DNA of 64,000 bases. It comes from Diplonema japonicum (taxonomy: Eukaryota > Protista > Euglenozoa: Diplonemea). A program made the position numbers and the translations under genes. The notes under the pieces are model-generated. The model was not told the DNA's origin. It ran no database searches and saw nothing but the letters and a program-made list of their open reading frames with translations. Positions 40,928-51,483 of the stretch are shown here, piece by piece. Each line of letters starts with the position of its first letter. Position 1 is the stretch's first letter. The DNA is taken from NCBI GenBank assembly GCA_964019335.1, contig OZ025684.1:496001-560000 (forward strand), in the 5' to 3' direction.

Positions 40928-41101
40928 CGTTTAGCAATTCTAACTTGTTGGCAACGCAATGACTAACCTGATTAGGCAAATTAACGCGCACGAACAATTC
41001 TTCTTTTTTTCTTTTTGAACGAATAGCCCAGTCCTTCAGGGAGTGTAAAATAAGAAAAGAGAAAAAAAACGTTTGCTTACCCAGCCCATTTATCGTTACA
41101 A

Positions 41102-43755
41102 CTACGTATTCTTCACCTTCAAGACATATCTGCTCTTAATGTTGGCATCGCCAGGGGAGTCCCTTGCGAACGGGTAGTAGAACACAAAGTTTGTGTTCCA
41201 AATGTTATTCCAGAGGTTGTAACCCATCCCAATGACAGACTTCGGCTGCAGGGGATTCAGGTTGAACAGGAAGGGTGTGGGCGGTGCGTTTGCTGTGATG
41301 GGCGACACGACAGCCGCATCAAGAGAGTTGATGTCGAGGTCACCCCACGTGACGCCAGGCCACACAGCGTGCTGCTTCGGGTTACCATTCTGGATGGTGT
41401 CGTAGGGAGACACGGGATGTCCCAGTTTGTGCATGGTCCACGTGTACCCCTGATCGGGCACAGGGTAGAAGGAGTAGTGCATCGCCTCTGCTAGTCGAGT
41501 AGACGTTTTGTTGAAGTTCAGCATCTCCAAGTTGATGGTGTTCGCGTCCACCACCTCGACACTCACCCACGTGTGCGAAGGAGCCCCGTACTTTGTGAAC
41601 ACTTCGTTCGGGTACACTACCTTGCACAGTGCCTGGCACTGTCCGTCCTTCACCCACACCGCCTCGTTGGTGTTCTGCGGGCGGTAGTCCCCCCTCGTGC
41701 AGCCAGTGTTGTTCGTCATGTTGGGCTTGTTGAAACCGCAGGTGATCCCCGTAGGCCCAATGTACGGCACCCCCATCCTGTCAAAGTCGTCGTTTGTGTA
41801 GGTGCTGTACACGATGTCGCCCATCACGTGGTCGGGCGAGGCCCATTCCCTGCCGCCTAGGGCCATCCTATCCAAGCTGCAGCTTTGGGTGAACCTGTAC
41901 TGCACACCCTTGCACGTGAAGGTGGTGTTCAGCTTCTCCTGATGATAGTCTTTAAGGTCGGGCTCCTGGATGGCTTGCACCTGAGCTAACGCATTCTGTA
42001 GAGTAAGTATAAAGGTGCAATCAGCGTACCTCTACTTTAGGTTTGATAGGGTGGTCCTTCAGTGCCTGTAGCGCGTAATCAATCCATGCACGACGCTCGA
42101 TGTAACTCTGTAGTAAGTGGTTCAGTTTTCTGTGCGATTCATACGTTGGTCTGCTCGGCCCACGGGGCTTCATATTTCGCGCTAGCAAAAGCCTCATTGG
42201 ACCACGAGTCCCAGTCCAGGACGCCTGCGAGCCCTGCAGTGTGCTCAGGGACGGTCAGCAGCATCCTGGTCATGTTGTACATTCTGGGGTCACTAATGTT
42301 GCAGTAGGAGCAGCCCTCCAGCTCCCTAAGGAAAGCACGATACTGCGCCACCATCAACAGGTCACCAGGCACACCCATGATCCACGTGTCGCCGATCTCC
42401 TCGGTAACTACTGGGAGGTTTGCCTTCAGCGGTGAGCTGTTCACGTTTGCTGAAAAGTCGCGAAGAGTGGACGCGAACACTTCAGCACCAGGGAACTCGG
42501 CCTGCAGAACAGAGTACACATTCAACACCTCTTGGACACTCTCAGGAGGACCGCTGTTGTCCGTGCGGAAGGCGAAGCACAGTGCCTCATCAAACCCATC
42601 AAACATCATGCAGTCGCCTCTGCATAGCCCACCGCAGTGTTCTGCATCAGGGCCGGGCACTCCAGGGTAGCCGCCAGCGTGGTTCATCATCAAAATCTCC
42701 GTGTCCGATGCCTCGTCCTTCCACATGAACATCTTGTGCGGGTACCAGTTGTTTGTTGGAGGGGTGCCCGCGTTTTGCCCAATAGACAAAGCTGCAAATC
42801 CGCTCTTCACTAGGTATGGGATCACGCTCCGCGTGCTGCCAGGAACATCCCTCAGGCTGTACACCTTGTTTTTCGGTTTGTCCAGCCCAAAGAACCCGGA
42901 AATATGATTTGTCATCTCCAAACCCCACTCGAACATGGGGCCCCACCCGACTGCCTCACTCTGAAGGTTGAACGGGCCGTCCTGCCATGTGATGTCCCCT
43001 CGCTTCACAGCAGCGGAGAACGCCTCCTTCTCAGCATCGGTGGGGCAGTAGAGCTTTGTCCCGTTGGCGAACTTTGTGTTTGGGAGGCAGTTCATGTACA
43101 TAGACACAAGCCAGGGGTGTGTGGTGTAGACGAAACGGTCAGTACCAAGGGCCTTCATGGACTGCGCGAGGTGGACGGCCTTCGGAAAGTAGTCCTCCAG
43201 GTAGATGTTCACAACGCTTGCCATGAAGCCGATGGGGTTGGACTCGAGGGTGTGGATGGCGTAGCCAGGGTCGAGGTGGTTCATGTAAACGACGTGGACC
43301 TTCTTAATCATGTTCTGCTTCTTCCAGATCCACCCGTTGCTCCACTGGAAGATTGAGCAGTTTGTCATGGTTCCATCCAAGGAGAGGCCTGGCTGTGCGC
43401 TCGACTTATCGATGTCCACATGTGCAGCCCCTGTCTGGCTGTTCACGGTGCCCTCCCCGTAGCTCCAGTTCCCCGCAGTCACTGCGAAAATCTGGAACGT
43501 GTTGGGGCCTGTTGATGTCATCAGGTATTCGTCCTCTCGGGGACCGACAGTCAGCCCCGACCACGTTCCGGTCAGATTGCAGTTAGGTGCGCGCCTGTTC
43601 AGCAGCTCCTCTCCAGTGTCCGGGTGGAAGCGCAACCTGTCTGCAAACTGTGGTCTCCTGACGAACTCGCTCCAAAAGGGTAGCGATTTCTCCGACTCCA
43701 GCATGGAGTGCCCCTCGCACATAAGGGAGATGCTTATCAATAAGCACCAACGCAT
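41102..43755 (-). CDS. GH38-like / DUF5054 glycoside hydrolase, copy 2; introns 42108-42144 and 41996-42029
   Basis: Splicing joins the two tracked ORFs through a 78-nt exon (SYIERRAWIDYALQALKDHPIKPKVE) that is colinear with copy 1. Confidence 0.88.
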
Positions 43756-44529
43756 TTTTATTTTTGTGGAGACTTTGAGGTGGATGTGATACATTGGAAA
43801 AAAGGGGTGTTAAGTCACGTTACTCGTTTCATTTGCGTTGAGGATGCAGGTCTTCGCTGTTTGCCTTCAAGTTTCTTGAGGATCCTGTTCTCTTGGTTCA
43901 CCAGGCCAAACCCGCGACAGCGACAGTCATAGTGGACATTTCCTTTGAGGATGTTACCCTTAGTACTGGGAGGGGGAATACTTTTCGAAATCTTTATTAT
44001 TTTTCTTTGCCGTAAACCTCTTAATCGTTGTCCAGAATTAATGGTTTTTGGTTGGGTGTGCTTCACTGCCGAGCGAAGCAAGGCGAAAGATCTGTTTTGT
44101 ACGCTAAAAAGCTCGCCTTAGGAAAACCCTTTTCTATATACGCCTCATATCTCTAAAATTCGTTTGGCACCCCTCCCCCCTTGTGTCAAAACTATGGCTG
44201 CAGTGAACTCGTTTCGCGACTCTCTTCAATGACCGAACGCTCGTTACCACGAGGTACGTAACGGGCGACACCAAAAAGAATTTCCCGAATGCTTTTGACA
44301 AACTCCCTCGAAAGGGTTGGTTCTTTGTATGAACGCTGGAATTCTTGAGAAAGGTTTTCCCAGCCAACCTTTGGAATTCCCTCTGTTGCCCCCTTAGAGC
44401 AAGCCCAGGATTACCAAACGGGTTAAGAGATATGGGACGTTGTTATTTTCATTTTTGAATTTTCTAGGAAATGATTAAGAGGCCTACAGTTCATTTTTGC
44501 ATGTATTTTACAAACGGAATACCTATTGG

Positions 44530-44567
<38 letters not shown>

Positions 44568-44713
44568 CCTTCTTCACTTTGAGGGGAAAAAGAGAAAAAA
44601 AAGGGGGGGGAACAAGAGAGCAAACCAACGGGAGTAAAAGAGGGTGCCAGTACGTAGTAAGGCAGATGAAGGAAACCCTGTAAGGCCGGAGAAGGGGGGA
44701 TTGACAAAGGGAC

Positions 44714-44757
<44 letters not shown>

Positions 44758-44876
44758 CTCTGACAGAAAGGAAAGAAACAGAACAGTGTGAGTGCGAACC
44801 TGATGCGGTGTCTCCACTTGGGTGGTCCGTTCGTTTTGCTTTCCTTCTGCTTCACGTCGGTTTTTTTCCGAGTGTC

Positions 44877-44917
<41 letters not shown>

Positions 44918-45273
44918 TGGGGCAAGAGGGCGGAGAGAAAAGGACAGCGGGATAAGAAAAACACTCCTGTTATTCATCCCAAACAATGAGATCACTAAAG
45001 ATATATATGGGGCGGGGGGGTTTCTTTCTGTTGTTTACCCCCCCCCCTTTTTTTCTGCTGTAAAATGATGGGCTATTTATTCCCTGACTTCCCCCCCTAG
45101 TGATTCCTTGTTTATTTTCCTGTTTACATTTTTTTTTTTCTTTTTCGACACATTTCTGTTTATTTTTTTTTTTTATTATTTTTTTTTTATATATCGTGCT
45201 CCCTGGAGTAGGGAGCGAGTGCAGTACCCACGAGTCAGGTTCGTGAGCACTGCTGTGAAGAAATAGTGTCTTC

Positions 45274-46914
45274 CTACGCTTTGTTTTCATCGGCGTCGCC
45301 AGTTGACCCGACCTTGATGGAAGTGCTGTCAGGGGCGTTTGGTGTTAGAGAGGCAAGGATCGTGGCCTGCCAGTCCTCGGTGAATCCGTACTTCACACGC
45401 ATGTACAGTTCAAGCCCGACAAATGCGAAAAACACAAACCCAATGTACACAACACCCACTGCAAAGGCTGCAAGCGGCGCAATGAGCAGAAGCATGCCAA
45501 GGATAATGTTGATATTGGCCAATAGCAGCGCCAGCCTCCCTGCGTTCTTATGCACCAGCTCCCACACTGTCCTCAACGTCGAGGCGGGCGCTTTGTGCGG
45601 GCGGACAAAGGCGTTCAGGGGCTGCAGCAGCCCCACGATCATAACAGCCAGCCCGATCCCACCGTGTGCGAACATGAAGTGCTTCGACTGCACAGATGGG
45701 ATGATGAGCCCAAACCCGATGATAGCCAGCAACAGCCCAATCGACATCAGAGCGCGGTGAGCTTGGAACCACTTCGGGTCGCCTGCCTTCCAGTACCTCC
45801 CGATCAGCACTCCGAAGTTGCAGCACACGCCCCACGCCAGGAACATGAACACACCGTGTAGGATGGGCAGCGTGATGTACCCTCCCACACCCCCAGATCC
45901 TGGGGTGCCCTGTTCGACGGTCGCATCCCAAGTCAGCGTCCAGATGCCCAGCCCACCGCCCTTGCCCCCGACCACGTACGCCGCGGTGTTTGTGTAGAGC
46001 ACAGCCGCGTCGTTGAGGCTTGGGGGGCCGGCACCTTCTGGGGTGTAGAAGTCCCACCTCATTTCATTGCAGTCCATAACCGCCACCTGGTTTCCCGCAG
46101 CAGCCGACCCTTCAAGCCACTGGTTGCCAATCTTGACGTCGCCCGACGTCAGCATGAAGGCCTTCGATGAGTCAGTAGGGTGGCCCGCCATGCCACCGCG
46201 CACCCTAGGGGTGGGACGGCCAGAAGTCACTTGGCGCCAGCCTTGCGAGTTGGAGTAGCACCACGAGTCGTGGGAGGGGCAGGGGCCACCAGTTTCACCA
46301 CCAGAGAGACAGCCGCCGAACATGAAGAGGTTGCCTGCTGCATTTGTAACACCGCTGGCGAGGCAGCGTGGGTGGGGGGTGTCGAGACTGTACTCGGAGT
46401 CCTCGTCGTGGACGCGAGTCCACTCGTTGGTGGTGAGGTCGAAGTCCCATGTGTCTCCGTAACGGATAGCCGAGAAGCCGTGAGTGATCTGCAGCACGGA
46501 GGTACTGCCTGTAGTGTAGATCCCACCAACAGCACCGTAGCGTGCCTCTGGGTGTGCCTTCGTGTCGTCGGACAGTTGCGCCCATAGCGAAGTTGTGTAA
46601 GAGAACCTCCACACATCGCTGTAGAAGACCTTCCCTGGACCTTCCCCAGTGGCAATCACTAGTCCTTGGCTGTCACTCGCGTACACCATCGAGTGCCTCC
46701 CCGGAGGCCCGCTGACCTCGAGCACCGTCCACACCACGTTGGGCTGCCCTCGCCCTTCGTAGGTCACCCCGTCGAGATAAGTGATAAATCTCCCATTCGC
46801 TGCGTCCCATCCACTCGCGTGTCCTGAGAACTCTGTGACATTCCCTGCTGTGCTCCCTTGCGTCTCGTTCCACTGCAGGGCCGCAAAGGCCACCATACTG
46901 ACTAATACGTGCAT
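45274..46914 (-). CDS. Kelch-repeat / cytochrome b561 fusion membrane protein
   Basis: Signal peptide; Kelch repeats (SDVWRFS..W, PEARYG, GDTWDFD..W, FGG); b561 haem histidines in LHGVFM, WFQAH, AHGGIG and VHKNAGR. Confidence 0.85.
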   Translation of the reverse strand: MHVLVSMVAFAALQWNETQGSTAGNVTEFSGHASGWDAANGRFITYLDGVTYEGRGQPNVVWTVLEVSGPPGRHSMVYASDSQGLVIATGEGPGKVFYSDVWRFSYTTSLWAQLSDDTKAHPEARYGAVGGIYTTGSTSVLQITHGFSAIRYGDTWDFDLTTNEWTRVHDEDSEYSLDTPHPRCLASGVTNAAGNLFMFGGCLSGGETGGPCPSHDSWCYSNSQGWRQVTSGRPTPRVRGGMAGHPTDSSKAFMLTSGDVKIGNQWLEGSAAAGNQVAVMDCNEMRWDFYTPEGAGPPSLNDAAVLYTNTAAYVVGGKGGGLGIWTLTWDATVEQGTPGSGGVGGYITLPILHGVFMFLAWGVCCNFGVLIGRYWKAGDPKWFQAHRALMSIGLLLAIIGFGLIIPSVQSKHFMFAHGGIGLAVMIVGLLQPLNAFVRPHKAPASTLRTVWELVHKNAGRLALLLANINIILGMLLLIAPLAAFAVGVVYIGFVFFAFVGLELYMRVKYGFTEDWQATILASLTPNAPDSTSIKVGSTGDADENKA

Positions 46915-47061
46915 GTTGCTTATAAAATGCTGCGGAACGTGTTTTGGTGCTTACAGGTATACAAAAGGTAGGAAACAGAAAAACACTCAAAATAAGATAT
47001 TACTGATTGGCTTCTTTTGTTCTGTAGTACAGGGTCATACCCCCTACCCTACCCTTACCCT

Positions 47062-47645
47062 CTACTCGTCGTCCTGCATTGGTGTGATAACGTTATCCCA
47101 AAAAACTGGTCGTACACACCTCTTCAAATGAAGATGTCGTAGCACTGGACTCATCTTCCTCTTCTTCTTCCTCACTGCCGGAGTCTGCTGCGGCTTCTTC
47201 ATCTATTTTATTTTGCACTAATTTGAGAATGGCTTTTTGCGTCCTGTGGTTTCTTATGGTTCCTCCCTCTCCCTGCCTCATACCGTTTGTCAAGAATCCT
47301 TTTTTTCGGTGCGATGATGTTTTTCAAATCCAAATTAGAGACCTCAGGCAGGAAGCCGATGAAGTCTGCGTCTTCTGCTTTTGCCACCTTTTTGCTGCTA
47401 ACTTCAGGGACATCGTCATCGAGTATGCACTTATAGGTTCCTTTGTTTTTTTTCATAACGCGTTCCCGCAACTTTTCATCATGTGGGTTATAGCTCCTGA
47501 ACACAAGACTCACATCATCCCCCACCTTCACTGGTTCCCCTTCAACATCTGAGTCGCTCTCCTCGTCTTCCTCTTCCTCTTCCTCCTCTTCTTCCTCTTC
47601 TTCGTCTTCCTCTTCTTCACGTTCTTCCAGCTCTCTCTTTGGCAT
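47062..47645 (-). CDS. CCDC12: Cwf18/CCDC12 splicing factor; intron 47244-47283 and probable intron 47074-47119
   Basis: LVFRSYNPHDE and spliced N.DLK..IAPK...LDKRTQKAILKLV match the Cwf18 pattern. Confidence 0.75.
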
Positions 47646-47952
47646 TTTTTTTTCTTGGTAACCTTTTTTTCTTTATTTTTGAATTCTCATGTCAAGTTTC
47701 TAAATTTCTCTTTACAATATATCGGGGGGGGGGGGGGGGGGGGGGGGGCGGTGATACAGAGATTTATTACATTGGTTTCTTTCTTTTCTATTTTTTGTCT
47801 TCCCCTTATAGCACATTCTGGAAACGGGGGAGACCATGTCAACTACAGCCAAAAGGGGGGATTGGAGAGGAGCTTAAAGGAAAGTACTTGTATCTAGGTA
47901 AAAAAGAAAAATAGAGATTTTAACAAAACAACATTCTTTTCTACTTTTTTTC

Positions 47953-50238
47953 TCAGAGCCCCCCCAACATTGTCTTCTTGTTGACCCAAAAGAGGTCCGC
48001 GTTGGTGGGCTTGGGGTCTGGCTTGGGCAAGGCGCCGAGCTGTGCAACACAACTGGAGACGGCCTCGCGAAGGGCAAGCTCGTGCGGCTGCATGGGCACG
48101 TTGGGGCTCTGTGTGTGATAGAAACAAAAGGTGTGACATACTGGTGATCGGTCACGTGACCTGTCCCTTGACCTCTCTCTCCACTGTTTGTTGGGGTAAG
48201 CTGGAGGCTCGGCAACACTTGGTGACGCGGAACGCCCCCTTGACTTCGTCGGCGTAGGCGTGGTGGGCGGGGGTGGCATAACAGACGCTTGGCTTTCCGC
48301 AACCCGCAGCTTACCTTGCACATTGTGCAGCTCTTCTTTGTAACTCAGCGCCAGCTCCAAGTACGACTCCGTCTCCCTTGCCCCGTAAGACGGAGGAGGT
48401 GGCGGCATGGTGGGGCTCATAGAAGGGGACTTCGACCTCGCACGCACAGACGGAGGTGGTTTGGTGCTGATTGCAGACGCACGCACAAACAGCGCACGAT
48501 TCTCTGTCGTCTTGAAGTAGCTCACACCGTTCACCGTTCCATCGCACGCAGCAGGGTCCTCCTCATCCAGCTCCACCCCCACCCACTGCCCTGTGACGCC
48601 TTTGAGCTTCCCGATATATCGTGCAACACCACTCACAGGCAATGCACCGTTCTTGTTCACATTCACATGTGTTCCAACGCTCACCTGTTTCGTGTTGCTG
48701 TTGTGTTGCGTTGTGCTGTTCGGGGTGGGTGTCGACGTCGAGAACCTCGGCTTCTCGGTGTACTCCTCCTGCAGCACACCGGGTGACAGCTTCTGTGCCT
48801 CTTTCAACTTCTTCTCCAAGGACTTGATGTTGTTCTTCATGGTGACTGAGTGTTCTTTGAAACGATTCTCAAGCGACGAGTAGTTTTCTTCCACTTCGAA
48901 GAGCTTCAATTTCGTCTCTTCGTGCTGCTGTTTCGTCTTGTGTAACTGCTTCGTCAGTGTTTGGATGTTGCGTGCGTCGCTGCGTTGCCTGTCGACAGTG
49001 TGCAGGTCAGCAGACCTGATGCTGATGAGCTGCTGCAGTGCCTCCGCGTCTGCCTCCAAGTGTGCTTGCGGGTTCGATGTCGCTGCTTTCAGCTGCTTTT
49101 CAAGGATTGCAATCTGCTTTGTGAGCTCCCAGTTGCTGTCTGTCAGCCCATCGTGTCTTGCCTCGATACGTCTTGCAGCCTCCGTTAGAGACACGTCACC
49201 GTCCGGGTCTATAGAGAGCTCCTTGCAAGCAGCACGCCTCTCCTTCTGAAAGTGCTCGATCTCAAGGCTCTGTTGGTCACACGTCCTCGTCAAGGTGTCG
49301 TTCCGCATTGTAAGGTCTTCTATCTTGCGCTTCATGATATCTGCTTCCGTCTTCATGATCTTCAACTGCGACTCCAGCTGTGCCTCGCGCACCCGGAGGA
49401 CTCCCGCCTTGCGCTCCCATTCAGAAGCGGCCATGGTGAGGGACTCCACGTCTTCCTCCATCTGCCGCCTCTCGTCGTCTTGCAGCGTTGACCGTATACG
49501 GCTGAAGCCGACTGGCGACTCTGTTTCTGCAGAAATCGATGGACCACTTGGTGGTTTCACGGTGACAGCGCTTATTTGTGAGCTTCGTGGAGTTGGCTCC
49601 TCAATGGTCTTTTCCTCCACGGCCTGCTCCTCTGCTGCGTTCATCTCTTCTGCCTTTGCTCGCTCTGCTGCTTCGTGCGACGATTGCACTTTCATCTTAG
49701 TCGGGATTTTGATCTTCATTATCCGCATCTCTGTCCAGCCAATCGGCTTCGCCAGCTGAAGATGGCTCTTTATTTTCTCCTCAGGGGGGAGGGCGCGGAC
49801 AACCAGTTCTCGCTTAGGGTTCAAGAAGGCGGCAAGGATTTTGAGGATGCCAGCAACAGTTTCGCACTCTTTTTCGTCAGCAAAGCTGAAGAGGACATCG
49901 TACTGCGTGGGACACTTGATGCCAAGCCAGGTGCCGTACGTCAGACACTCTTCGATCTCAGTGATGTTGATGTTCCTGTTGAGGGACGTCGAGTACTGGT
50001 GCACTGCCACGGCAGATATCACAAGGAGCCGCTTCTGTGATATGACTCTCCGTCCTACCTTGTTGACGATGCCTGCCCAGAGGAGTGCAGGGACCCCAGT
50101 CGCGTTCTTTAACATTGCTGCAAGGCACTTCCTTGTCTCAGCAGACAGCTGCGTGCTCTTCACATAAGACAGCATTGCTGGATGCATCGTGATTCCCCCA
50201 TCGAGTGCCAACTCGGGGTTCTCATTCTCTTCGCTCAT
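47953..50238 (-). CDS. PH/TH1-like + coiled-coil + CAP-Gly protein; possible 33-nt intron 48109-48141
   Basis: GVARYIG..GQWVGVELD..DGTVNGVSYF (CAP-Gly); N-terminal VNKVGR...QKRLLVIS. Confidence 0.85.
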   Translation of the reverse strand: MSEENENPELALDGGITMHPAMLSYVKSTQLSAETRKCLAAMLKNATGVPALLWAGIVNKVGRRVISQKRLLVISAVAVHQYSTSLNRNINITEIEECLTYGTWLGIKCPTQYDVLFSFADEKECETVAGILKILAAFLNPKRELVVRALPPEEKIKSHLQLAKPIGWTEMRIMKIKIPTKMKVQSSHEAAERAKAEEMNAAEEQAVEEKTIEEPTPRSSQISAVTVKPPSGPSISAETESPVGFSRIRSTLQDDERRQMEEDVESLTMAASEWERKAGVLRVREAQLESQLKIMKTEADIMKRKIEDLTMRNDTLTRTCDQQSLEIEHFQKERRAACKELSIDPDGDVSLTEAARRIEARHDGLTDSNWELTKQIAILEKQLKAATSNPQAHLEADAEALQQLISIRSADLHTVDRQRSDARNIQTLTKQLHKTKQQHEETKLKLFEVEENYSSLENRFKEHSVTMKNNIKSLEKKLKEAQKLSPGVLQEEYTEKPRFSTSTPTPNSTTQHNSNTKQVSVGTHVNVNKNGALPVSGVARYIGKLKGVTGQWVGVELDEEDPAACDGTVNGVSYFKTTENRALFVRASAISTKPPPSVRARSKSPSMSPTMPPPPPSYGARETESYLELALSYKEELHNVQGKLRVAESQASVMPPPPTTPTPTKSRGRSASPSVAEPPAYPNKQWRERSRDRSRDRSPVCHTFCFYHTQSPNVPMQPHELALREAVSSCVAQLGALPKPDPKPTNADLFWVNKKTMLGGL

Positions 50239-50445
50239 ACTCTTGGTTCTCCCTGTTGGTATCGCTAATGAAATAGAAACAAAGTCAACCAAATTACGGG
50301 TTTTCGAATCGAAAGTTTTTATCAGGGATCGGGGGGGGCAGGGGGGGTCACACGCCCCTTAAAAACGTGGTAAAAGTGGGGGAAAAAAGTTTTCAAGGTA
50401 AAAAGAACCACCCACCTCTAAAATGACCAAAAAAATCAAAATCTG

Positions 50446-50476
<31 letters not shown>

Positions 50477-50520
50477 CCCCTGCCAGATTAGGGCACTTTT
50501 GAGCACTTGATAATGCCTTG

Positions 50521-50559
<39 letters not shown>

Positions 50560-50932
50560 CCTTTTCTTTTTTTTGAAAACAGTGACCACGGTTTGGATCC
50601 GCAGCCACCCTTTTTAAAAATGCAAAAGAATTGCTCGTAAGTGCCCAAAAGTGCCCAAAACCCGTCGGTTTTTTGGTCAAAAAAGGGGGTGTACACGGGT
50701 AGGTGGCTTTTGGAGGAAGGTTGCCTGGGGTCCAGATCAGATTCGGAAGTCTGTAGGGTAACCCAACCTGTCTCACAGTCTAGACCCAGCTCACGTTCCC
50801 AGTTGAAAGAAGGCAAGGAGGCCGGGCACGAGAGGCGGTACAGAGGGGTGCAGGACAGCACCCCATCACAGCGAACATTATCTTGGTGGCAAGATCGAGA
50901 TACAGCCACCATGTGCTTGTTGTAATGATACG

Positions 50933-50990
50933 TTTTCTTTTTCTTTTTCTTTTTCTTTTTCTTTTTCTTTTTCTCTTTTTCTTTTTCGTT
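50933..50990. repeat. (CTTTTT)n microsatellite
   Basis: Direct tandem hexamers. Confidence 0.85.
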
Positions 50991-51033
50991 TCTTTTTTTT
51001 TTTTTTGTTTTTTGTTATAATATTTAACTTTCA

Positions 51034-51128
51034 AAAAATAACCATATGCAACTTGTGCCGAGCAAAAAACTTTCGCAGCTTTAAAAGCATTTTTGCTCGT
51101 GCGAACAACAAAGACATATAGTCATAAA
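51034..51128. mobile_element. ~100-bp MITE, copy 2 (inverted, one TIR decayed)
   Basis: Reverse complement aligns with 32123-32230. Confidence 0.7.
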
Positions 51129-51483
51129 GATACCCCCCCCCCCCCCCCCCCCTTTCGTTCCTCTCCCATGCAGCGGGAGTGGCGATAATCAATAATGGCA
51201 ACAAGTCATTGACGTTGCAACATTGCAGCTCAAAGGATTGATTGTTCGCAATTTCTGACGATGACAAAACATTAAACTCACTCAAAAGATACAAAATATA
51301 AAGAGGAGGTAACTTGGGCGAACAGGCTTTCAACATAAGGGTAACATGATTCGCACGGCAGCAGGAAAGGAAGAGAAGGGGCGCGCCGCGGTCTAGGATA
51401 GAGGTTACAGAAAGAAAATCAAACGTAAAATTTAAGAGAAAGGTGTACGTGCTCACATCGTGCTCACATAGCAAGCATCTCAT

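Noticed and set aside
44423-44855. Lys/Phe-rich ORFs and an isolated GTAAGT..TTACAG segment near 44680-44718
   Set aside because: The ORFs derive from homopolymer tracts; no coherent exon chain could be built.
45245-45262. CAGUGC as an iron-responsive element loop
   Set aside because: The flanks do not form the 5-bp upper stem; the motif lies within another stem.
47041-47061. ccctaccctacccttaccct as an interstitial telomere
   Set aside because: Too short and not CCCTAA.
50436-50912. 158-aa minus-strand ORF
   Set aside because: Runs into a repeat and A-tracts; a short real 5' exon is possible but unsupported.
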